Under the pieces are notes generated by a model. It saw only the letters and a list, made by a program, of their open reading frames with translations. It made no database searches and had not been told where the DNA came from. 60,634 nt of DNA from an uncultured Oscillospiraceae bacterium (GTDB lineage: Bacteria > Bacillota > Clostridia > Oscillospirales > JAAYOS01), in NCBI GenBank assembly GCA_964493515.1, contig CAZBNJ010000005.1:1-60634 (forward strand). The letters run 5' to 3'. Numbering within the stretch: position 1 is the first letter of the stretch; every line of letters starts with the position of its first letter. Position numbers and translations under genes: made by a program. Positions 53,969-60,634 of this stretch are shown piece after piece.

Positions 53969-55470
53969 GACGGCTTTCCCCCTCTCTTGGGAAACAGCGG
54001 ACGCTGCTTCATCCTCCGCCACGGCGCGCGTATCAGGCTGTCCCGAAGCTCGCGCATCGAGTAGGGCACGGCGAAATCGGTATACGGCGCGCCGAAGCTC
54101 CGCATCGACGACAGGTGTATCCCAAGCAGAGCAAGCCCGAGCGCGTAGCCGTACAGCCCGAGCGCGCCGCTCAGCAGCAGCAGTCCCAGCGTGACGATGA
54201 ACACCGGGCTTCGCAGATTCGGAAGCATCATGTTTGTCACCGCCCACACCGCGACAACTATCACCACCGGCGCGCTGACGAGCTTCGCGTCCACCGCCGC
54301 CTGTCCGAGTATCAGACCGCCGACTATCGACAGCGACTGCCCGATAGCGGGCGGCGCGCGAAGTCCCGCCTCCTGGAGTATCTCAAGCGCCATGAGCATC
54401 AGCGTCAGCTCGGCAACGGTGGGTATAAGCACCCCCTGACGCGCACGCGCCGCGCTTATCAGCATGGTCGTCGGCAGCAGCTCGGGGTGAAAGTTCAGTA
54501 TCGCGGTATACAGCGCGGGCGCACTGACCGCTATGAAAAAACCTACATATCGCAGTATCCGCGACACCGACGCTCCCCAAAAGCTGCGGTAGTAGTCGTT
54601 CTGGCTCTGGAAGTATTCCACGAGCAGATGCGGCAGGGTCAGCACCGTCGGGCTTCCGTCCACCACCAGCGCCGCGCGTCCCTCCAGCAGCCGTGCCGCC
54701 ACGATGTCCGGCCGCTCGGTCGCGCCGATGGTACGAAACGGCGACGCGGGCGAGTCGCATATCACCTCGGCGATGTAGTTCGAGTCGAGTATGCCGTTCA
54801 TCTCGACCGTGTCCAGCCGCGCGTTCAGCTCATCGATAAGCCCGTCCTCGCAGAGTCCCTCGATATAGCACACGACCACGTTGGTGCGCGTGACCGTGCC
54901 TATCTTGCGGAATTTGAACTTGAGCGAGGGATTTCGCAGCTTGCGCCGTATCAGCGACAGGTTCGGCATGAACGCCTCGCTGAACGCCTCCTGCGGCCCC
55001 TTTATGCCCTTTTCGTTCTCGCTTTCGCCTATTCCGCGCCGCTCGAATCCCTTGGTCGAAAGTATCAGCGCCTCGTCGCTGCCGTCGCGGAAGAGCACCG
55101 TGTCCCCGTACAGCAGCGTGTCGAACACCTCGACAGGGTCGCGGGTGCGCTTGACATCGTTTATGCTCAGTATCTCGTCGGCGAGCGTGTCCACGTCGGG
55201 CGACGTTTGCCGCCTGCCGCACGCGTCCTCCACCCGTCCGACGATGTAGTCGTTCACTATCTGGTCGTTTATCATGCCGTCGACAAGCAGTATCAGAAAC
55301 TCCCTGTTCGGCCCGAAGCGGCGAAAGATTATCGTGTTGTCCCCGTCGAAAACGCTTTTGAGCGTCGCCTCGGTCTCGTTAAGCGACGTCGAAAACGCTA
55401 TGTCGTCGTACCGCTTCGGCACTCCCTCGGGACGCGCCGCGTGGGTGCGTTTCGCGCGCGAAAAAAACAT
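53965..55470 (-). CDS. spore germination protein, GerAA-type A subunit
   Basis: GerA-family blocks: IIFRRFGP, LLVDGMI, GIGESENEKGIKGPQEAFSE, and a C-terminal five-TM domain. Confidence 0.92.
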   Translation of the reverse strand: MFFSRAKRTHAARPEGVPKRYDDIAFSTSLNETEATLKSVFDGDNTIIFRRFGPNREFLILLVDGMINDQIVNDYIVGRVEDACGRRQTSPDVDTLADEILSINDVKRTRDPVEVFDTLLYGDTVLFRDGSDEALILSTKGFERRGIGESENEKGIKGPQEAFSEAFMPNLSLIRRKLRNPSLKFKFRKIGTVTRTNVVVCYIEGLCEDGLIDELNARLDTVEMNGILDSNYIAEVICDSPASPFRTIGATERPDIVAARLLEGRAALVVDGSPTVLTLPHLLVEYFQSQNDYYRSFWGASVSRILRYVGFFIAVSAPALYTAILNFHPELLPTTMLISAARARQGVLIPTVAELTLMLMALEILQEAGLRAPPAIGQSLSIVGGLILGQAAVDAKLVSAPVVIVVAVWAVTNMMLPNLRSPVFIVTLGLLLLSGALGLYGYALGLALLGIHLSSMRSFGAPYTDFAVPYSMRELRDSLIRAPWRRMKQRPLFPKRGGKPS

Positions 55471-55523
55471 GGCGATACCTCCTTTGCAGAGTTACCGCCA
55501 TAGTTTTTGTCAAAACTTGAAAA

Positions 55524-56282
55524 TTATTCCGCCGCGCGCTTTGCCGTATGCTTCGGATGGCATATCGCGAAGCACTCGCCCGCCGCAAACACCACCGCTG
55601 CCGCAAACATCGCCGCAAGCTGCCAGTCGCCGTCGGTCGCGGAGGTCACGGCCGCCGTCACGCCGAGTATCGCGCACACGCCGCTCGCCGCCAGCTTGAA
55701 CCGCGCCTTTGTCACGCCGTATGCCGCGCTCGCGGCGCAGTAGCAGGTCGCGGTAAACGCCGCCGCCGCCAGCACCGTGTATCCGTATCGCTCGATGACC
55801 GCGCTGCCGGCGTTTTCCACATACAGCGTCAGCAGCAGGAAGCATCCGCAGAACACCGGCACTATCGCCGACGCGCCGCCCCGCGCCTTTACCGCAAGCA
55901 CCATTCCCGCGCCTGCGACTATCTCAAACGCCGCGAGCACCATGCGCACCGTGTCCCCCATGTGCGAAGCTATTCCGTATCCGCCCGCCGCCGCGAGCAG
56001 GAATCCCGCGACCACCGACGAGAGCTTGCCGGCACCGTCGACAAACGCCTCGTATTCAAGCTCGATATCCTTTGCCATCGACGCGAGCAGCGCGACAAGC
56101 AGGCAGCCCGCCGCGGTGACGAATCTCATCGCCGTGACCGCGCCCACGCCCGACTTCAGCACCTCGGTCTCGTTGAGCAGCTCAAACGCGCTCGACAGCT
56201 CCGAAAGCCGCAGGACACACGCCGCTATCGCAAATATCAGCACAACTATCGGATATACTCCACAAATCATCCGCTTATTCAA
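55524..56282 (-). CDS. hypothetical polytopic membrane protein
   Basis: About 8 predicted TM helices and Ala-rich composition; I recognise no family. The start is TTG at 56282 or ATG at 56270. TTGACT-17-TACAAT lies upstream, at about 56355-56383. Confidence 0.6.
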   Translation of the reverse strand: MNKRMICGVYPIVVLIFAIAACVLRLSELSSAFELLNETEVLKSGVGAVTAMRFVTAAGCLLVALLASMAKDIELEYEAFVDGAGKLSSVVAGFLLAAAGGYGIASHMGDTVRMVLAAFEIVAGAGMVLAVKARGGASAIVPVFCGCFLLLTLYVENAGSAVIERYGYTVLAAAAFTATCYCAASAAYGVTKARFKLAASGVCAILGVTAAVTSATDGDWQLAAMFAAAVVFAAGECFAICHPKHTAKRAAE

Positions 56283-56409
56283 AGAAAATCATAACCTTTC
56301 ACCGCAATATCCGAAGGGCATCCGCTCCTCCGACGCGTTCACATTTGTGTATTATTGTACCACAGACGTGCCCGCAAGTCAAAAATTTTCAAAAATTTCA
56401 AACAACTGT

Positions 56410-56439
56410 TTGCAATTCGCTCGAACATGTGTTATACTA
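56410..56439 (+). promoter_or_regulatory. lexA promoter with overlapping SOS (Cheo-type) box
   Basis: TTGCAA (56410-56415), 18-nt spacer, TATACT (56434-56439). CGAACATGTGTTAT (56423-56436) matches the CGAAC-N4-GTT part of the Firmicutes LexA box. Confidence 0.6.
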
Positions 56440-56467
56440 TTCGTAGAAAATGTTTCGGAGGTGTACT

Positions 56468-57061
56468 ATGCGCTCCATAACCGCAAAACAGAAGCAGGTC
56501 TACGATTTCATCGTATCCTTCACCGCCGACCACGGCTACCCGCCCGCCATCCGCGAGATATGCGCCGCGGTGGGGCTGAAAAGCCCGTCGAGCGTGCACG
56601 CCCACATAAAGTCGCTTCAGGAGCTCGGCTACATCCAAAAGGACGACCGCAAGACCCGCGCGCTCGTCACCGCCGATTCGTCCAGCCACAACGGCAAGAT
56701 TCCGGTGCTCGGCAGGGTCACCGCGGGACAGCCGATACTCGCGGTGCAGGAGGTCGAGGACTACATCCCCTACGAGCCGCAGAGCGGTTCGGAGAGCGAC
56801 TTTTTCGCGCTGCGCGTGCAGGGAGACAGCATGATAAACGCGGGCATCCTCGACGGCGACTTTGTCGTCGTGCGCCGCCAGCAGAGCGCGATGAGCGGCG
56901 AGATAGTCGTCGGAATGATAGAGGACCAGGCGACTGTCAAGCGCTTGAAGCTGGACGGCACCGACGTCTGGCTGATGCCCGAAAATCCCGATTACGAGCC
57001 GATATACGCCACCGGCTGCACCATTCTCGGCGTGGTCAAGGCGCTTCTCCGCAACTATTAA
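56468..57061 (+). CDS. lexA: LexA repressor
   Basis: LTAKQKQVYDFI-type winged HTH, an AG cleavage site region (VTAGQPI), and S24 peptidase GDSM...K motifs. The start is at 56468 (GGAGG). Confidence 0.96.
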   Translation: MRSITAKQKQVYDFIVSFTADHGYPPAIREICAAVGLKSPSSVHAHIKSLQELGYIQKDDRKTRALVTADSSSHNGKIPVLGRVTAGQPILAVQEVEDYIPYEPQSGSESDFFALRVQGDSMINAGILDGDFVVVRRQQSAMSGEIVVGMIEDQATVKRLKLDGTDVWLMPENPDYEPIYATGCTILGVVKALLRNY

Positions 57062-57123
57062 GTAACCTCCGCCGCGTCCGCCGAATATACTGCCCAAAGT
57101 ACACTTTTTGGAGGGCGGTCACG

Positions 57124-57714
57124 GTGGACTATTCACGCGAAAAACTTATTGATATCTGGCAGCGCGCCGTGCCCGGAACGCCGCCGCCCGAGGTGTTCGA
57201 CACGCTTTTGTATCCGAACGCCGAGGCGGATGGCTCGTCGGACGGCGCGCCGCTTTCATCCTCAGAGGACGCTGCAGCCAACCGTGCACCGTCTGTCGAC
57301 GCGTCGGCGCTTGCCACCGCGCCGAACCCAACATCGGCGTGCGCCCGACTTTGCTCCGCCGTGGACGGCGAGCTGTGCCTGTTCGCCATCTACCGAACGC
57401 TCGCGAAATACGCGCGGTCGCGGCGAATGCGCGGCCTTGCGCGCGAGTTCGACCGACTGTCCGCCGATGCCTACGCGTCCGCCCGTACCGTCGCCGTCGA
57501 GTGCTATCTGACCTGCGGCGAGTACCGTTTCAACGAACCCGAAGCCCCACGGCTGGACAGCCTCCGCGACGGCATACGCAAGGCGCGGACGCTTGAGCGC
57601 TCGCTCGCGAAGCTCTACGCCGAGTTCGGGTCGGAGTTCGGCGGCGACGCGCTGATGCGGATATGCTCGGCGCACTCGACAAAGCTGCGCGAGCTGCTCG
57701 CGGCAAACCTGTAA
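57124..57714 (+). CDS. hypothetical protein (196 aa) downstream of lexA
   Basis: GTG start 8 nt after GGAGGG. The N-terminal half is low-complexity and the C-terminal half is helical. No family recognised. Confidence 0.5.
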   Translation: MDYSREKLIDIWQRAVPGTPPPEVFDTLLYPNAEADGSSDGAPLSSSEDAAANRAPSVDASALATAPNPTSACARLCSAVDGELCLFAIYRTLAKYARSRRMRGLAREFDRLSADAYASARTVAVECYLTCGEYRFNEPEAPRLDSLRDGIRKARTLERSLAKLYAEFGSEFGGDALMRICSAHSTKLRELLAANL

Positions 57715-57744
57715 CAAAAAAACACCGCACACGCGGTGTTTTTT
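57715..57744. terminator. bidirectional terminator
   Basis: AAAAAAACACCGC-ACAC-GCGGTGTTTTTT. Confidence 0.85.
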
Positions 57745-57765
57745 CATGTTTTCGTTCGCCGATGC

Positions 57766-58299
57766 TCACTTTTTGGGGAACAGTTTTGCCCTGTCCAGCG
57801 CAATGACGATCGCCGGCACGAGCACTATCTGCACTATTATTCCGGGTATCGATCCGGTTATCGCGCCCGCGACAAACGCCGACATTCCGAACGGCGAGCC
57901 ACCGATGCCGAGAAGTATCGCCTGCGCAATGCCCCACACCACGCGTCCGAGTATCATCGCGCAGATGAGCGAAACGTACACATACGGCAGCTTTTTCGGC
58001 AGCTTCGCGTAGAGAAGTCCGCTGAAAAGTCCATAAGCCGCAAGCTCGAACGACATAGCCACCGCTGTCGGATAGAGGTACGGCATACCGAACATCAGGC
58101 TGCGGGTCACCGGCGCGATAAGTCCGACCGCCAGCGCGTACCACGGTCCCGCGATAAATCCGCAGAGCAGCGCGGGCAGGTGCATCGGGCTGAGCGCCAC
58201 GCCTATCTGCGGTATCTGTCCGGTCAGGAAGGGCAGCACATAGCACAGCACCAGGCATACCGCCGCCGTCACCATTCTTTTGATACTATCTCTGTTCAT
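57766..58299 (-). CDS. ECF-transporter S (substrate-capture) component, substrate unknown
   Basis: 177 aa with six TM helices. The LSPMHLPALLCGFIAGPWYALAVG pattern is typical of solitary ECF S components. No ecfA/T genes are nearby. Confidence 0.75.
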   Translation of the reverse strand: MNRDSIKRMVTAAVCLVLCYVLPFLTGQIPQIGVALSPMHLPALLCGFIAGPWYALAVGLIAPVTRSLMFGMPYLYPTAVAMSFELAAYGLFSGLLYAKLPKKLPYVYVSLICAMILGRVVWGIAQAILLGIGGSPFGMSAFVAGAITGSIPGIIVQIVLVPAIVIALDRAKLFPKK

Positions 58300-58349
58300 T
58301 TTTTGCGTCTCCTTCTGAAAATTTGTTGTCTTGCCAACAATCCGCTGTA

Positions 58350-58421
58350 ATTATACCGCCGGTTCGCACGATACGCAAATACCTGTTCGCTATATCGGGC
58401 ATGCTTTATGGGCATGAAAAG
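58350..58421 (-). repeat. copy A of the ~73-bp conserved promoter module (partner at 32090-32163)
   Basis: On the minus strand it reads TTTTCATGCCCATAAAGCATGCCCGATATAGCGAACAGGTATTTGCGTATCGTGCGAACCGGCGGTATAATT, containing TTGCGT-17-TATAAT. Confidence 0.7.
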
Positions 58422-58444
58422 ACCGCAGTCCGGCTGCTCTCCGG

Positions 58445-59539
58445 TCAGTCCTGTCTCAGTCTCATCTCGATGTCTGCGGCGGCAAGCAGGAACTCGCACT
58501 GTCGCTGCACCTGCGTCGCCTCTATGTACGCGTTTTCCATCGGTATCCACTTGTTAAAGAAGTTCTCCGCCATGTCGCCGTTCCGCTCGATTATCCGCTC
58601 GCGCTGTGTCTGCGGCGACACGCGCAGGAACACCGTGTCGTTGTAGTAGCGGCGCAGCTCGGGGTGCATACAGTAGCTTCCCTCCACTACCACCAGCTTT
58701 CCGACGCTTACCGTCCGCGGCTCGCAGAGCGTCATGCTGTGGCAGTCGAACGGGCGGAAGGTTATCTCCTCCGCGCCGGACGCGAGCGGCTCGAGTATCT
58801 CGTCGCGCAGACGCTCACGGTCGAGGTTTCCGCCCGGCTGACGCAGGCGTTCCGGCGTGCGCTGTTCGGCGCGGGGGAAGTAGTCGTCGGCGTGGAACAC
58901 CGCGCAGCCGTACAGCTCCTCGAGTATCCGCGAAAGCGAGCTTTTGCCCGCGCCGGACATTCCGTCAATGGCGAGTATCGTGCGCTTTCCCTCCCGAAGT
59001 CTGCCGTCCAGTCGGCAAAGGAGCGGCAGCAGCGCCGCCATCTGTCCCGCTATCACGCGATAGGTCGGCGCGTACTTCTCGCGGAAGCGCTCGCTGTGGT
59101 GGCATATCGGGTATCCGTCCGCGCGCCAGCGGTCGATGTGCTCGCGCGCCTCATCGGCAGAAAAGCCGAGCTTTCCCTCGCCCGCAAGCCGCACTATCGC
59201 CTCCGTGCCCGCCTCCAGCTCCACGCGGTCGCCGGTCTCCATCTTTGTCGAGAGCAGCAGCATCCGTGTCAGCGTGCGCACCGACAGTCCCGAGCACTTG
59301 AGCGCGCCGAGGTGCAGTCGGAAGAAACGCCCGCCCAGCAGCTCCACAAGCTCGGTCGAGGACGTGGGCAGCACCGAGGCAAGCTCCTGCCTTATATACG
59401 CCTCCGCCGCGCCCTCGTCGTCTATCAGGTGTCCCGGACCGAGCACCTCCTGAAACACCGCCTTGCACGCGTCCTGCGGCGTGAATTCGGAATATCTCCT
59501 TGCCTGATCCAGGATAAGATTTTCAAAGCTGCGCATCAT
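58445..59539 (-). CDS. two-domain protein: unknown N-terminal domain plus uridine-kinase-like P-loop NTPase domain
   Basis: Walker A IDGMSGAGKSSL and Walker-B-like LVVVEGSY in the C-terminal half. The N-terminal ~190 aa are unassigned. There are tandem ATG codons, and the second (59536) has better SD spacing. Confidence 0.7.
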   Translation of the reverse strand: MMRSFENLILDQARRYSEFTPQDACKAVFQEVLGPGHLIDDEGAAEAYIRQELASVLPTSSTELVELLGGRFFRLHLGALKCSGLSVRTLTRMLLLSTKMETGDRVELEAGTEAIVRLAGEGKLGFSADEAREHIDRWRADGYPICHHSERFREKYAPTYRVIAGQMAALLPLLCRLDGRLREGKRTILAIDGMSGAGKSSLSRILEELYGCAVFHADDYFPRAEQRTPERLRQPGGNLDRERLRDEILEPLASGAEEITFRPFDCHSMTLCEPRTVSVGKLVVVEGSYCMHPELRRYYNDTVFLRVSPQTQRERIIERNGDMAENFFNKWIPMENAYIEATQVQRQCEFLLAAADIEMRLRQD

Positions 59540-59551
59540 AATCCTCCTTAA

Positions 59552-60634
59552 TCACCAAGTTTTAGTCAGTTCGATATTGTAGTCCACCGCGTAGGGATTA
59601 TCCACGCGGCTCTTCAGATCCTCGTATATCCCGCGGCGCTCGTCGCTCGACTCCTCCGCCCAGTATTCGTAGCCGCGCAGATAGCTGTCCACCAGCTCGT
59701 CCCACGAGCCGAACATCGACTGGAGCGTCCTTGCTATTTCGAGCGAGCCGTCCAGCGCCTCCTGCTCGGTGTAGTACCCCGCAATGTAGTAGAAGCTGAG
59801 CAGATTCAGCGCGCGGCAGTAGTCCCACGCGTCTATCGCGGTCGAGCCGTAGTCCTCGTACATCTCATACCACTCGGCGTACCTCGCCGCCGTCTCCTCG
59901 TCCGCGTCGGTCAGTATCGCCAGGAAGGTGACACGGTCGTCCAGCTCGCTAAGCCCAATGCTCTCGAGATACTCCATATCCTTCGCGAATTTGGCGCGAT
60001 GGCCCTCCTCAAGTATCCATTCGAGCGTATCCTCCGCGCTCTGTCGGTCGGTCACGTCCCACCACTCCGAAAGCGAGATCTGCTCCAGCTCGCGGTTTGC
60101 GTCGTTCGCGATCGCTCCGGCGAATATGTTGTAGCCCCAGCCGTTCACCTCGGTGAGTATCGCGTAGGACGCGTTTATCCAGCGCACGGTGTCGGTAAGC
60201 TCGACCGTGGTCGTGTTCTCCACCTCCGGCGCGTCCTCGCTGAAGGTCGCGCAGTATGTGCGGTAGTTGTCCATCTTCTCCTCGTTCCAGTTAAGCGCAA
60301 AGAAGACTATCGCATAGAAGGCGTAGTCGCTCTGACCGTACACAAAGCATCCCTCGTAGTTCAGTCCGGACGCCGTTATCTTGCCCTGATACGCGCAGAC
60401 GTCCGACAGTCCGGGCATCTCAAAGCCGTCCACCGGGTCGGAGCTTTCCACGCCGTAGCTCTCCTCCGTCGACGCGCGCAGCATTTCCAGGCTGCTTCCG
60501 ACGACCACGGTGTTCTTCGGTATCTGAAAGATAAGCGCAAGCTCGGTGCCAAGGATGTTGGACACGCTCAGCATATCGGTCGTGCTGTCCTCGTCCTGCA
60601 CCCATTTTGCGCTCATGCTTATCGTGTAGCTGCC
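59552..60634 (-). CDS. DUF1266-like protein, probably 5'-truncated by the window edge
   Basis: The C-terminal AWDYCRALNLLSFYYIAGYYTEQEALDGSLEIARTLQSMFGSWDELVDSYLRGYEYW pattern fits DUF1266. The frame stays open to position 60634, and no SD precedes the ATG at 60616. Confidence 0.6.
   Translation of the reverse strand, partial: GSYTISMSAKWVQDEDSTTDMLSVSNILGTELALIFQIPKNTVVVGSSLEMLRASTEESYGVESSDPVDGFEMPGLSDVCAYQGKITASGLNYEGCFVYGQSDYAFYAIVFFALNWNEEKMDNYRTYCATFSEDAPEVENTTTVELTDTVRWINASYAILTEVNGWGYNIFAGAIANDANRELEQISLSEWWDVTDRQSAEDTLEWILEEGHRAKFAKDMEYLESIGLSELDDRVTFLAILTDADEETAARYAEWYEMYEDYGSTAIDAWDYCRALNLLSFYYIAGYYTEQEALDGSLEIARTLQSMFGSWDELVDSYLRGYEYWAEESSDERRGIYEDLKSRVDNPYAVDYNIELTKTW

Noticed and set aside
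55471-55523. Sigma-G-type forespore promoter upstream of the ger operon (GAATA ... CAAAAACTA).
   Set aside because: The -10 does not match the CATxxTA consensus at the required spacing. I cannot support the call from sequence alone.
56440-56460. Second SOS box downstream of the lexA -10 (AGAAAATGTTTCG).
   Set aside because: The spacing between the GAA and TTC halves does not fit CGAAC-N4-GTTCG. Only the box at 56423-56436 is a partial match.
1-60634. Mobile elements, prophage, integrative island at tRNA-Pro, restriction-modification or known defence systems.
   Set aside because: I saw no integrase, transposase, recombinase, terminal inverted repeat or direct repeat of the tRNA 3' end. The genes flanking the tRNA are ordinary metabolic or hypothetical genes with the same GC and codon style as the rest of the window.

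Overview
High-GC, gene-dense chromosomal segment, probably from a spore-forming Clostridia (Oscillospiraceae/Ruminococcaceae-like) genome; this taxonomic guess rests on gene content and codon style only. About 60 genes are mostly core housekeeping. They include: SRP RNA-dnaX-ybaB-recR; ylxM-ffh-rpsP-KH-rimM-trmD; copA-csoR; feoAB; an Lsa-like ABC-F gene; a potABCD operon with two embedded non-transport genes; yceD-rpmF; DUF512-der-plsY-mscL; two GH3 glycosidases; a MacB-like ABC fusion; rpmB; tRNA-Pro; a gerA-type germinant receptor operon; and lexA. I saw no rRNA, CRISPR array, IS element, integrase or prophage genes. The high GC content produces many long antisense ORFs in the track, and I treat these as artefacts. 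The signals worth a second look came from the intergenic DNA and domain architectures:

- A complete T-box riboswitch sits in front of an adenylate-forming acyl-CoA ligase.
- The ABC-F gene is preceded by a leader-peptide/terminator attenuator.
- A four-gene operon is headed by a cytoplasmic ParB-like/BMP fusion protein.
- A promoter module of about 73 bp is duplicated upstream of two unrelated genes.
- An XRE-HTH protein carries eight 29-aa IAPF(L/M)DDD repeats.
- The pot operon also encodes an MBL hydrolase and an SLH-only protein.

None of these can be proven novel from sequence alone. The ParB-BMP operon and the T-box/ligase pair are my best candidates for undescribed biology.
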